DNA of 40,152 bases from a virus (lineage: Duplodnaviria; Caudoviricetes), in IMG/VR virus record IMGVR_UViG_3300030376_006008, positions 1-40,152 of that record; one strand, 5' to 3'. The number at the start of each line of letters is the position of its first letter. The stretch's first letter is position 1. The notes under the pieces were generated by a model. That model searched no databases. It was not told where the DNA came from and worked only from the letters and a program-made list of their open reading frames with translations. Both the position numbers and the translations under genes were made by a program. Below are positions 9,301 through 18,169 of the stretch, piece after piece.

Positions 9301-11778
9301 AATTTAAATAATGAAGACGTTGAAACAACAATTATACCTATAGCTAGAGCCTATCAATTTAATTTTAAACCTGCTTTTGATGGGTCTGTGCTTACAGACG
9401 CCACCCCTGTAGCTGGACAACCTGGAGCTTATGAATTTCTTTTTAGGTTTGTCACCCCATTTGGAGGTCCTACTTCAACAGGTTCAAACACATTAAACAA
9501 AACTATGGATACGGGTTGGGATTTTATAGATTGGGATAATGCTGGTGATAGAAAATTTGTGGTTGAATATAGGTTTGCAAATTTGAAAACAATGTCTCCA
9601 CCTTTTGTTCCTGAAATAAAAAATTGGATTTTTTTAAACGCAAGCAAAAGGGTTTCTGTAGTTAACTCTATGCAACAAAGTGCATTAAAATTTACAGGCT
9701 ATGAGCCTTTAATAGGAAGAACTAATTATAATAATATCACTTATGGTCATTGGTCTATGGGTACTTCTGTTCTTGTAAATGGTAATTTTCCAGAAGTTCC
9801 AAACCCTGACGATTCTGGAATTTTTTCTAACGAAGCACTTTTTAGAATAACGCACGTGCCTACAGAAGGTAGTATAATTAAATTTTTTTTAGAAGATATT
9901 GGAGATGAATTAGGTGAAGGCTACACAAATGTTGCAGAAAATGGAAGTTGGGATTATTATGGATATGGAGGGTCACTTGAAAATGAATTAGCTATTGGTA
10001 TTAATCAATCTGGGCAACCTAGCCATATATATGATACATATGACTACTTTAATCCTTATTTTAATATTCAGATTAAAAGTACGTGGGAACATACGAATGG
10101 TCGACTTGGCATAAATATAAATCGTTTAACAGAAGTATTGTGGGAGGGTGCTCCTGGTGTTGTAATGGGTGCTCCAACGGGGGGTAATTATAGCGCTGCA
10201 TTGTGGGGCGTAGAAATTAATCCAGAACATTATCCAATATATCAAATAGACCAGTTACCTAATGAAGGAGAATCTCTTTTTAAAGTTTACAATGCGTTAG
10301 GTAATGGTGCTAATAGTGAATTACCACCAATTTTTTTTGATATGCATTATTTAAATGAAGAAACTGGAGAAACAGGTATTGTAGAAATACGTAATGCAAG
10401 CTTATATATGGGCAATAATATGGCGATTAATGGATTGTCTTCTCTTTATAATGACGATAGCGGCCCTGTAAATGGCACTGGTGATAATTCTGGTTTTAAT
10501 ACAGAAACACCACTTGTTTATCAAAATTGGAATGGAGTAAATGCTTTAGACGACACCCCTTATGTTGAACAAGTAGTTAATGAACAATCTATATTATCTT
10601 ATGCGTGGTCAATTCCAAGGTCAAGAACTTTTACTACTAAACGAATATTTTGGCATGGGGCTACCACACAGAATACGGAAGAAGATGACATAATTACTTC
10701 ATATTATGGAATGACATATGCTGAAATAAATTCTAATTGGCAGGGTCTTGCAGGTTATTTGTCTTTAAGTCCCATCGACAATAGTTTTGAGGATAGAGGA
10801 GGCTCTAACAATAGTAGGGACATAACTGCTATATTGCCGCAAAACCCAGAGTGGCATGGCAATCCAATGAAATTTTGGTTTGAAAGCAGAGAGTTTTACA
10901 AGCCAAGAATTATAGGGGGACCCCCTCCAGAGCTTGGTGGAACAAACCCGTATTGGCTAGCGGAAGAAATATGTTTAAGAGCGGGTGGAGTTTTTAGAGC
11001 TAGACATACAGTTGGAGAAGGGAGTGTAGAAATTAATGCACAAAATTGTTTATACACTGATGTTTTTTGGACTCCAGAAATAATGGCTGAATGGCCAACA
11101 GACCCAGACTCGGGACTTTTTATTCCCGCAGAACACCCTAATGGAAGTGGTCAATTAATATATGGAAAGGTTTATGCTTATTGGGTTCCTCCTGGAAGAG
11201 GTATGTATCCTCCAAGAATAACTATGTTAAGCAAAAGTATTAGAAGGATAAACTATACAGAATTTTTAGGAACTGATGCGCAAAGTCAACCTTCTAGGGT
11301 TGTAGAAAGAAAAGGTGAATTGAGAGTGTCAGGAACAGCCATGACTATGGATTTAATGAAACTTACAATAAATGAACCTCCTGAATATAATGTGTTTGAA
11401 TACACAGTAAAAATAACTAAGGCTGATGACCCAGAATTTATATATGATACTTTTGATATAGACGCATCTGTACCTTTTCCAACTGATTTTGAAAATTATG
11501 ATTGGTCACAATCCACTACTGTAACAAATCAAACTACAATATTTTTAGGAGAAATGGGCATACCTGATGGTCAAGAATTGCAATTTTATATAAAACCAAA
11601 AGAAAGCTACAGGCAGTTTGATACATCTCAAGAATCTTATATAAGATTAGCTGGGACATACTTTTCAACTACATGGGGAAATAATTCGTATCTTAGTGAA
11701 GACGTGTTAACTCCTGTAAAAGCAAATTATTGGTTATATGGAGATTTTGTAGTAAATAAAAATAACGAAAACGAGTAA
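6346..11778 (+). CDS. Large 1810-aa acidic putative tail/virion protein; both termini paralogous to 5843..6334
   Basis: N-terminal RGNRF...GKITV...GTYSYIL and C-terminal WLYGDFVV; N/P/Y/F/G-rich interior. Confidence 0.6.
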   Translation: MPENISTYWAKNVKIKTLRGNRFEFVLNVRNEDGSDYSFPEGHVAFFAAFKNVSNPVGTIMPTSSGAAIPFKTLVEEGKITVNTLGGEESFYPIVGTYSYILFTYNPNDVGINLEDLMENVIPNWHLRVGWMSDELTDLWTNPYETDSNILQNGYYDEWFHVVGDEGLYPCFIPEWKLLQANQESGSNLYYSQPLIDFPYINNDYLDNTDVWSNNKLTYQNGMEELVLKTIIHKKNIVKCIFDERQYLYKWSVVPIPVRYNSQCSVTNIPPPATEIFPNASSWTNIDGDSYTFHTGNYPFNFSQYVNVDPENSEITSAFSSGQLFNLSQYFDVNTGLTTLDFATIDMPDTVINLLPFVETVDNMLSTNVSNPGFGLNPEDFSISGFAGMSATTSSFMYASYNYFYEQSLELSANYVPGDLLYYPINAEFDTDIMFSFQMYLSGLNPYQTFLEWGIFPYGNGPSANNLVATNLIAAGYFGYPTFEEYIEFNSVGGSPPGNYMQGLNDWRRIKPEKVGLPYAPIESLDDLDTLLSPPPMGVSDYFTVMFGGAALEYPDAFPWWSYYQTGGTSNLNVPYVSNYSAIFAEGAEITDAWLPFYSPQSLVDWNEDYLIFPKTSYFVDMFNTYPELGHIPTDAIGIEEPTNVMLEQLGNEFPISPEHQNLPVNTNTPGWNLIPYLGLESSLWNYLNYTNEADLPGFVLSGGGDVTYWGVPIEDAYEQAPTYNEYIFEYNGVVYDFSNWSLEPSVDENGFPILNTLQEQQAWYGNNQINDQGEPTGLIDDNLSVYTPFASPDTFGWSYNPANEGLPPIPNSIVDFVSNTPGLDGTIYDLWWNMSSGLINSITEVSSVFSNQIYLQEQSPVTAFDIGINSGLDFQTSSYSYNSVTEDFFNQSYAPQFDVYISGYILNAMSARVRFYQEGTDIGAGSIHAFCRITRPDGTGFPVKPEFNTIYGEYEINEFNQVQSQNANPSNVSPYGLGRFTEVYNLNNEDVETTIIPIARAYQFNFKPAFDGSVLTDATPVAGQPGAYEFLFRFVTPFGGPTSTGSNTLNKTMDTGWDFIDWDNAGDRKFVVEYRFANLKTMSPPFVPEIKNWIFLNASKRVSVVNSMQQSALKFTGYEPLIGRTNYNNITYGHWSMGTSVLVNGNFPEVPNPDDSGIFSNEALFRITHVPTEGSIIKFFLEDIGDELGEGYTNVAENGSWDYYGYGGSLENELAIGINQSGQPSHIYDTYDYFNPYFNIQIKSTWEHTNGRLGININRLTEVLWEGAPGVVMGAPTGGNYSAALWGVEINPEHYPIYQIDQLPNEGESLFKVYNALGNGANSELPPIFFDMHYLNEETGETGIVEIRNASLYMGNNMAINGLSSLYNDDSGPVNGTGDNSGFNTETPLVYQNWNGVNALDDTPYVEQVVNEQSILSYAWSIPRSRTFTTKRIFWHGATTQNTEEDDIITSYYGMTYAEINSNWQGLAGYLSLSPIDNSFEDRGGSNNSRDITAILPQNPEWHGNPMKFWFESREFYKPRIIGGPPPELGGTNPYWLAEEICLRAGGVFRARHTVGEGSVEINAQNCLYTDVFWTPEIMAEWPTDPDSGLFIPAEHPNGSGQLIYGKVYAYWVPPGRGMYPPRITMLSKSIRRINYTEFLGTDAQSQPSRVVERKGELRVSGTAMTMDLMKLTINEPPEYNVFEYTVKITKADDPEFIYDTFDIDASVPFPTDFENYDWSQSTTVTNQTTIFLGEMGIPDGQELQFYIKPKESYRQFDTSQESYIRLAGTYFSTTWGNNSYLSEDVLTPVKANYWLYGDFVVNKNNENE

Positions 11779-11779
11779 A

Positions 11780-12070
11780 ATGAAATATTTAGTTGACAAA
11801 ACATCTGGATTAAATATAGTTCATAATAATCTAAGTGGATTGCCAGAAATTACTATTAACTTAAGTTTGTCTAAAGCAAAAATAGTTTTAAAAAATAGCG
11901 CACATATAAGTGGCGTTTACGATTTAAACACTGGTAAAAAAAATCCAGGAATGTCATATTGTGAAATACAAGAAAAAAAACCAACCATTACAGATGATTG
12001 GATTTCTATTTCATCAACTACAAAAAATCAATTATCTCTTAACTTAAAAACTAAATTAAAACAATTATGA
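11780..12070 (+). CDS. Hypothetical protein
   Basis: ORF abutting both neighbours. Confidence 0.55.
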   Translation: MKYLVDKTSGLNIVHNNLSGLPEITINLSLSKAKIVLKNSAHISGVYDLNTGKKNPGMSYCEIQEKKPTITDDWISISSTTKNQLSLNLKTKLKQL

Positions 12071-12555
12071 AATTAGAAGTAATACGAGTGTCTAATAGCA
12101 ATGACTCTACAAGTGGTTTATTATATATATCTCATGGAGATTTTGACAAAGAGTTTTTGTGCTACACTTTAGAAGATGAATATAGAAAAGAAAAAAAATA
12201 TGGAGAAACTAGAATCCCTGAAGGGACTTATAAGCTTGGCCTTAGAACAGTTGGTGGCTATAATGAAAAATATAAAAAACGTTTTGAGGACATTCATATT
12301 GGGATGCTTCACGTTCTTGATGTGCCTAATTTTGAGTATATACTTATACATTGTGGTAATACTGACGAGCATACAGCTGGCTGCCTCCTTGTGGGAGACA
12401 CCCAAGAAAACAACAAAATCAAGAAGGACGGTTTTATAGGTAAGTCATCACAAGCATATAAAAGAATATATCCTGAAATAGCTAAAGCTATAAAAATAGG
12501 TCAGGAAGTGACAATAACATATAAAGATATAACTAACGGTAATTGTGTATGTTAA
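12067..12555 (+). CDS. DUF5675-like L,D-transpeptidase-fold protein, putative endolysin
   Basis: CYTLED, TRIPEGTY and ILIHCGNTDEHTAGCLLVG (HxGN...GC); next to a holin-like gene. Confidence 0.8.
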   Translation: MKLEVIRVSNSNDSTSGLLYISHGDFDKEFLCYTLEDEYRKEKKYGETRIPEGTYKLGLRTVGGYNEKYKKRFEDIHIGMLHVLDVPNFEYILIHCGNTDEHTAGCLLVGDTQENNKIKKDGFIGKSSQAYKRIYPEIAKAIKIGQEVTITYKDITNGNCVC

Positions 12556-12935
12556 AAGGTATAGTAAAAAACCTGATAGGTAATGCAGGTGAAATATTAG
12601 ATGAGGTAATAACCACAGATGAAGAAAGGCTAGATGCTAAAAGAAAGCTTAAAGAGCTGATACTCAGTCATCAAGCTCAGATGGAACAAAATATAACTGA
12701 CAGATGGAAAGCTGATATGAACAGCGATTCTTGGTTGTCAAAAAACGTTAGACCATTAATGCTTATATTTGTAATGGTATGTACTATGCTTTTAATATTT
12801 ATAGATGCTGGATTTCTTGAGTTTCAAGTGGAAGAAAAATGGACAGATTTATTAACAATGGTACTAATAACAATCGTGGGTTCTTATTTTGGAGGACGTT
12901 CGTTAGAAAAAGTTAGAAATGGCAAAGCTAAATAG
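12549..12935 (+). CDS. Holin-like protein (GTA 3TM holin type)
   Basis: TTDEERL, RWKADMNSDSWLSKNVRP and YFGGRS motifs with TM helices. Confidence 0.75.
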   Translation: MLKGIVKNLIGNAGEILDEVITTDEERLDAKRKLKELILSHQAQMEQNITDRWKADMNSDSWLSKNVRPLMLIFVMVCTMLLIFIDAGFLEFQVEEKWTDLLTMVLITIVGSYFGGRSLEKVRNGKAK

Positions 12936-13044
12936 TTTTATATATAGAAGTAATGGGGGTAAAAAACGAAAAGGCGTGCATAGCAAAAATGCTAGCAAGT
13001 CACAAAATAGTTATAAAAAACCCTATAGGGGACAAGGAAGATAA
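12919..13044 (+). CDS. 41-aa basic peptide ending YRGQGR (not in ORF track)
   Basis: MAKLNSFIYRSNGGKKRKGVHSKNASKSQNSYKKPYRGQGR; fills the gap exactly. Confidence 0.75.
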   Translation: MAKLNSFIYRSNGGKKRKGVHSKNASKSQNSYKKPYRGQGR

Positions 13045-13047
13045 ATT

Positions 13048-13377
13048 ATGGCAAAAACACCAGCATGGCAAAGAAAAGCGGGTAAAAACCCTAGTGGTGG
13101 CTTAAATAAAAAAGGAGTTGCTTCTTACAGAAGAGCAAACCCTGGCTCTAAACTTAAAACAGCTGTAACCACCAAGCCTTCTAAATTAAAGAAGGGAAGT
13201 AAGGCCGCTAAAAGACGTAAATCTTTTTGTGCTAGAATGAAAGGTATGAAAAAAAGACGTACTAGCGCAAAAACAGCAAGAGACCCAAATTCAAGAATAA
13301 ATAAATCTCTTCGTAAATGGAATTGCAATACAGGTTGTAGAGTTCCTATGAGAAAAACTGGAGAACAATACGATTAG
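13048..13377 (+). CDS. Small basic phage protein (DUF6321-like) ending QYD
   Basis: PAWQRKAGKNPSGGLN, RRKSFCARM, SLRKWNC, then an extension ending GEQYD. Confidence 0.75.
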   Translation: MAKTPAWQRKAGKNPSGGLNKKGVASYRRANPGSKLKTAVTTKPSKLKKGSKAAKRRKSFCARMKGMKKRRTSAKTARDPNSRINKSLRKWNCNTGCRVPMRKTGEQYD

Positions 13378-13379
13378 TT

Positions 13380-13565
13380 ATGGCAAAGAAAGATGCATGT
13401 TATCATAAAGTAAAACGTAGATATAAGGTTTGGCCTTCTGCATATGCAAGTGGTGCATTAGCTAAATGTAGAAAAAAAGGTGCTAAAAACTGGGGTACTG
13501 GTGGTAAAAAGAAAATGGCACATGGTGGCAAAATTTGTTGTTTAATGAAGTATCAAAAGGATTAA
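13380..13565 (+). CDS. Small basic phage protein ending QKD
   Basis: DACYHKVK...WPSAYASGAL, then MAHGG...YQKD. Confidence 0.75.
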   Translation: MAKKDACYHKVKRRYKVWPSAYASGALAKCRKKGAKNWGTGGKKKMAHGGKICCLMKYQKD

Positions 13566-13834
13566 TGGCTGTACGTAAAACAAAAAAAGGTTTAGCTCTT
13601 AAACGATGGTTTAAAGAAGATTGGAGAACTCCATCAGGCAAAAAAGATTATAGTGGTGGTGAAAGTACATTTCGTCCCACAAAACGTGTATCAAAGAAAA
13701 CGCCCTCTACATGGTCAGAGCTTACACCTTCAGAAAAGGCTGCGGCAAAAAAAGAAAAAACAAGAAAAGGTAGAGTTGGTCGATATAAAAAGAAAAGAAA
13801 AAAAGAGCAAGGAGGTTTAATACAATACGATTAA
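13565..13834 (+). CDS. Small basic phage protein ending QYD
   Basis: ATG overlaps the prior TAA; LKRWFKEDW...RPTKRVSKKTP; ends QGGLIQYD. Confidence 0.75.
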   Translation: MAVRKTKKGLALKRWFKEDWRTPSGKKDYSGGESTFRPTKRVSKKTPSTWSELTPSEKAAAKKEKTRKGRVGRYKKKRKKEQGGLIQYD

Positions 13835-13835
13835 T

Positions 13836-14114
13836 ATGGCAAGAAATTCATTAGCTGGTAAAAGAACGGGTAAATCTAAAACTGCAAAATATTATGCTAA
13901 AAATCCCAAGGCAAGAGCAAAAAAGAAAAAGTATGATACAGATTACCACAAATCTTCATCTAGAAAAAAATACCGCGCAAAGCTAAACAAGTTTAATAAA
14001 AATAATCCAAGCAGCAGAAAAGGTGATGGTAAAGACGCGTCTCATACACAAACAGGTTCTTTAGTTTTAGAGCTACAAAGACGTAATAGAGCTAGAAATA
14101 GGGGTAAAAAGTAG
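13836..14114 (+). CDS. Small basic protein with degenerate HNH-like tail
   Basis: GDGKDASHT...LVLE...NRARN. Confidence 0.6.
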   Translation: MARNSLAGKRTGKSKTAKYYAKNPKARAKKKKYDTDYHKSSSRKKYRAKLNKFNKNNPSSRKGDGKDASHTQTGSLVLELQRRNRARNRGKK

Positions 14115-14187
14115 ATTTTAACATGCATTTGTTAATAAAATACTGTTTTTTTTTGTGTTTTTTAATAAATTTTAACCAAATTTGGGC

Positions 14188-14592
14188 ATGTTCAACATGA
14201 AATATCTTATTATAGCCTCTATACAGGCTACAAAAAATAAGCATGAACTTGATGAAAAAGTAAAGGAGCTCCCTGGCTCATGGGATATAATTTATCCTGA
14301 CGGAACATTGACCACTATATACAATACAAATACTGATGAAGAAATATGCAAAGATTGTTATACAAGATTAGCATATGTAAAAACTTTTGAAAATTCAGAA
14401 AAAGATAACAGAACATATCTTCAGGTAGACTCAATGGAAGTTTATATTAAATACCACATATTAAAAAATCCAAAATTATTTGTTGCAGATTCTAAATGCT
14501 TTAGTAGTATGAGTATGGGATTTGACATAAATAATATTGTAGAAGAGTTAGGGGTGTCTAAAAAAAATATAATGTATACAGTTAAGTTATGA
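14188..14592 (+). CDS. Hypothetical protein (start 14188 or 14197)
   Basis: ORF overlapping the next start codon; no motif recognised. Confidence 0.55.
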   Translation: MFNMKYLIIASIQATKNKHELDEKVKELPGSWDIIYPDGTLTTIYNTNTDEEICKDCYTRLAYVKTFENSEKDNRTYLQVDSMEVYIKYHILKNPKLFVADSKCFSSMSMGFDINNIVEELGVSKKNIMYTVKL

Positions 14593-15872
14593 AAAAAGTA
14601 GACCAAATGAAGAAATTCCTATTAGATAATCCTGATAGGTTAACCTCAAATTATGCAGATACTGCCAAAATGTTTGGAACAAACTATGAGCAAGTTAGAA
14701 GTTTGGCAAGACAAATAAGAGGAGCTCATAGTAATAATAGAAAATCAAAAAAAGAAAGATTACACATGGAAGAGGGGCCTGAGGGTAAGTTTATTGTGTC
14801 TGAAGATAGTACAAGGATACAATCACTAGATGACTTGCTTGAAGCATTTAGTGTAGATGATAGTGAATGGGAGGTTGATTGGTATGATATTGGAACGTAT
14901 GAACAGACAGGTTTTGACAATGACAGAAAGCCTGTTACTACCACCATGTATCGCTGTAAGGCTAAATTAAAAAGGGTTGACCCATTTAAGAACTTAGAGA
15001 TTACTAGGCAATCTTTGATTGATGACTTAAAGGATATGGCTACATATAAGCCTAAGGTTAAAACAAAACTACAAGGGCAGGACACTACCGCGCATTGTCT
15101 AGAGATTGGCGCATATGATTTACATTTAGGAAAGATAGGTATAGTAGGTGATGATTATTCAATGGATATTGCTCAGGAAAGATTGGTAGCGGCTATTGAG
15201 CATTTGTTAAAGAGGGCATCAGGTTTTACTATTGACCAAATTCTATTTGTAGTAGGTAATGATTTCTTAAATACTGATGGTGATAAGCCTATTCCAAGGA
15301 CTACTAAAGGTACTCCTCAGTTTAATAGCGACCATCATATCGAAATGTATAAACGTGGTAGAAAGTTAATTACTATGGTAATTGATGAACTATCTAGTAT
15401 ATGTCCTGTTCATGTAGTTGTTATGCCTGGAAACCATGATGAAGAGTGCATAATGTATCTAGGGGACGCATTAGAGCTGTTCTACGAGCATAACGAGAAT
15501 GTGGTGATAGACAACACTAGACCATTAATGAAAGGCTTTAAATACGGAAATAACTTAATTGCTTTTGACCACGGACATAAGATGAAGGCTGAAAAAGCTG
15601 TACAAATATTACCTCAAAGGTTTAGAGATATATGGAGTGATGTGCGTTATGTGGAGTTGCATAGGGGGCACTTGCATGGCGTACATCATAAAAAGATAGG
15701 AGCTACTAGTGAGCTTAGTGGTATAACAGTAAGGAATCTAGGAAGCATGGCGGCCACTGACCAATGGCATGACGACAAAGGTTTTATAGGAAATGTAAAA
15801 AGAGCTCATGGGTTTATATGGTCTAAGCACAATGGTCTTCAGGCAGAACTATTCTACAACGTTCCATTTTAA
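14589..15872 (+). CDS. Calcineurin-like metallophosphoesterase with N-terminal extension
   Basis: DLHLGK, GND, GNHD, HGH and GHLH metal-binding motifs in order. Confidence 0.85.
   Translation: MKKVDQMKKFLLDNPDRLTSNYADTAKMFGTNYEQVRSLARQIRGAHSNNRKSKKERLHMEEGPEGKFIVSEDSTRIQSLDDLLEAFSVDDSEWEVDWYDIGTYEQTGFDNDRKPVTTTMYRCKAKLKRVDPFKNLEITRQSLIDDLKDMATYKPKVKTKLQGQDTTAHCLEIGAYDLHLGKIGIVGDDYSMDIAQERLVAAIEHLLKRASGFTIDQILFVVGNDFLNTDGDKPIPRTTKGTPQFNSDHHIEMYKRGRKLITMVIDELSSICPVHVVVMPGNHDEECIMYLGDALELFYEHNENVVIDNTRPLMKGFKYGNNLIAFDHGHKMKAEKAVQILPQRFRDIWSDVRYVELHRGHLHGVHHKKIGATSELSGITVRNLGSMAATDQWHDDKGFIGNVKRAHGFIWSKHNGLQAELFYNVPF
15085..15098 (+). repeat. CTACCGCGCATNGT motif copy 1
   Basis: CTACCGCGCATTGT inside a coding linker. 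Confidence 0.75.
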
Positions 15873-15886
15873 CTACCGCGCATCGT
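15873..15886 (+). repeat. CTACCGCGCATNGT motif copy 2
   Basis: CTACCGCGCATCGT immediately after the stop codon. Confidence 0.75.
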
Positions 15887-15900
15887 AAAGCAATCCAAAA

Positions 15901-15946
15901 GTAAAAGGGGATGATTAGATGGTGCACCAAATTCTATCCCCTTTAC
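15901..15946. terminator. Hairpin between convergent gene blocks
   Basis: GTAAAAGGGGAT ... ATCCCCTTTAC inverted repeat. Confidence 0.6.
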
Positions 15947-15970
15947 AATAAATAAAAAAAGAATTACAAA

Positions 15971-16465
15971 TTAATTTTGCAATTTTAATATATTTTCTTT
16001 TATAGCACTGAATTGTTTTAATTCTTGTGTTAACTCAGCAACTCTTCTACTTAATATAGAGTTTTCTTTCTTTAATTTATTAACAGTTTCATAATGAGAA
16101 ACTAAAACTTTTTCAGAATCAAACGTTCTGTCAGTAGCCAACTGAACACATGCATTATAAATCTTTCTATAATAATTAAGCTTCATCATCCATTCATGTT
16201 GATTTTCATAATGTATTACAGACGCATGGTCTCTATTAAGAAATCTACCTGTCTCACTTTTGTTTAACCCAAATACTCTCCTTAATAAATTAGCTACACA
16301 TATTCTTACATCGCCTATCAATCTTTTTCTACTCTTACTAAATAATTCTTCTTTAGTAATATCCCCTAGCTTACAAGCTAAAGCCACAACTTTATTCATA
16401 TCTTCTCTTACTACCGATTCGTTGTGGTCAGAATACGGTGTGATGTCTGTTAATTTATTCATCAT
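15971..16465 (-). CDS. DnaA C-terminal (domain IV) HTH-like protein with coiled coil
   Basis: ELFSKSRKR...R...GRFLNRDHASVIH matches the DnaA domain IV RDHxTVxH signature. Confidence 0.8.
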   Translation of the reverse strand: MMNKLTDITPYSDHNESVVREDMNKVVALACKLGDITKEELFSKSRKRLIGDVRICVANLLRRVFGLNKSETGRFLNRDHASVIHYENQHEWMMKLNYYRKIYNACVQLATDRTFDSEKVLVSHYETVNKLKKENSILSRRVAELTQELKQFSAIKENILKLQN

Positions 16466-16718
16466 TAAATGCTTCTTTTAATTGTTTTTCTATTTTCATT
16501 TCATAGGTTAATGCCATTTCTGATATAACGTCTAAAAAATAAAGATAATGTTTTTGATAATCTGCTTCAGCCGCTTCTGTATATTTAGCTCCTATATATT
16601 CTTGATAGGTTTCTTCATAAGGAGAAAATCCTAAAGCTTCCCATTTCTTTTCTATTTTTCTTTGTGCAAGTTTAGCTGCTAACTGTTCAGCATGTACTCT
16701 AATTGTAGTATATCCCAT
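16455..16718 (-). CDS. Hypothetical protein
   Basis: Operon-packed ORF. Confidence 0.6.
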   Translation of the reverse strand: MGYTTIRVHAEQLAAKLAQRKIEKKWEALGFSPYEETYQEYIGAKYTEAAEADYQKHYLYFLDVISEMALTYEMKIEKQLKEAFNDE

Positions 16719-16719
16719 G

Positions 16720-16965
16720 TTATAATAATTTTAAATGTTTTTGTTTTACTTGTTCATTAAATTCTTTGCTGGATTCAGCTTTATCGTGACACAGTCTGCA
16801 GAGTGCAGCGAGGTTTTCTATAAAATCTTTGGTCTTGCTGCCACCCATTTTTCTTGCTGAAATATGATGGATGTCAACAGCTCTACTTCCGCATGTAGTA
16901 CATGGTATGAAATCTTGCATACCATAACCAAAATGTTTTAGATATATTTTTGTGTGCTTTTTCAA
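16720..16965 (-). CDS. Small HNH endonuclease
   Basis: CTTC...DIHHI...NLAALCRLCH. Confidence 0.85.
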   Translation of the reverse strand: MKKHTKIYLKHFGYGMQDFIPCTTCGSRAVDIHHISARKMGGSKTKDFIENLAALCRLCHDKAESSKEFNEQVKQKHLKLL

Positions 16966-17322
16966 TTATCTGTTTTCAGTATAATCGCCTGAAGCAATTA
17001 AATTATCTGTTTTAGTTTCGTTGAAATATAACCACGCATTATATATCTTACCGCTCATAGTTTCTATAGGAACCTTTTTCCTTTTATACCACGATGGGTG
17101 TCCTTCCAACATATCTAAGGTAAGCAAAATTCTTGGACTGACCAAATATAATTCCCCATATATCTGTGAAACTGACTCAGTCTCAGACACATAGGGAATT
17201 CCATTTGCATACATAGCATAGTTATTTACAGTCCTTCCTATATCAATAGTCTTACAATCCATAATTAATCTATGGTTGTGAAACCCTCTTCTTAATGTAC
17301 CATATACAAAAACTATTTCCAT
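16966..17322 (-). CDS. Gamma-glutamylcyclotransferase (AIG2/GGCT-like)
   Basis: VFVYGTLRRG, GELY and LDMLEGHPSWYKR. Confidence 0.9.
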   Translation of the reverse strand: MEIVFVYGTLRRGFHNHRLIMDCKTIDIGRTVNNYAMYANGIPYVSETESVSQIYGELYLVSPRILLTLDMLEGHPSWYKRKKVPIETMSGKIYNAWLYFNETKTDNLIASGDYTENR

Positions 17323-18167
17323 TATATTTCGTATATTTGCCCCTCGTTATAATCATGTGGCAACTCACCTCCATGAACATAAGCTTTGTAATCTATGATA
17401 GCTTGTGTGTACATAAGTCTTCCTGCTTTTAACATATCTTCAGACATTTTATATACACAGATACAGTAAGGTTTTGATTTTTCTATTGCATATATATAAT
17501 AATCTTTATAGCCTAACGCATCACAATAGAATGCTGCTTGCATATGATACTTTTGATTAACAATAATTTCTTTAAAAGCTTCTGGACTTGCGTCTCTTGT
17601 TGTTTTTAAATCAACTATATATTTTTCTGCAGTATTAACAGCGTCTAACTTACCTTTGCAAAGTATATTATGCACTTCATTTTTCCATAGATATATCTTC
17701 TCAAATTGAGTACAATTATTTAATAAAGAATAATGTTCATTTGCTTTTAAATGGGCATTCATACTCTGCATTAATGAAAAATCCTTATACGACACCGCCT
17801 CTCTGCCACCTAAAGCTTCATTAAACTTTAATAGAGTTGCCTTACCTAGCGTGGTCCGCTTATCTATATTATCTGGCTCTACAAGATAATGTTTACTAAA
17901 TTGTTTATCTTCTAATACCAACATATGAAACGCTGAACCAAACCTCATTGGTGCTGTTGTTTTAATAGGATTATTTAACACATGCTGAAAAGCTCTAGGA
18001 CATTTATCTATAAACATTTTTAGTGTAGAGTTTGTTATATACATATGGTCATCATAATAGTTTAAGTCTGTAACCTCATTGTCTATTATGGGCGTCATCT
18101 TTAACACTTCTTCTTTTTTTACTTTTGCTTTGCGAACTTGCTTTTTTATTTCTTTTTTCTTTGCCAT
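17322..18167 (-). CDS. PD-(D/E)xK exonuclease, RecE/ExoVIII (DUF3799)-like
   Basis: FGSAFH, CKGKLD, IVDLKTT and YHMQAAFY. Confidence 0.85.
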   Translation of the reverse strand: MAKKKEIKKQVRKAKVKKEEVLKMTPIIDNEVTDLNYYDDHMYITNSTLKMFIDKCPRAFQHVLNNPIKTTAPMRFGSAFHMLVLEDKQFSKHYLVEPDNIDKRTTLGKATLLKFNEALGGREAVSYKDFSLMQSMNAHLKANEHYSLLNNCTQFEKIYLWKNEVHNILCKGKLDAVNTAEKYIVDLKTTRDASPEAFKEIIVNQKYHMQAAFYCDALGYKDYYIYAIEKSKPYCICVYKMSEDMLKAGRLMYTQAIIDYKAYVHGGELPHDYNEGQIYEI

Positions 18168-18169
18168 AA

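Noticed and set aside
1502-11778. Diversity-generating retroelement acting on tail genes
   Set aside because: No reverse transcriptase and no TR/VR repeat pair seen in the window.
14152-14184. Promoter TTTG-N21-CAAATTTG before 14188
   Set aside because: Mismatch at the conserved first T of the -7 element; possible, but too weak to list as a feature.
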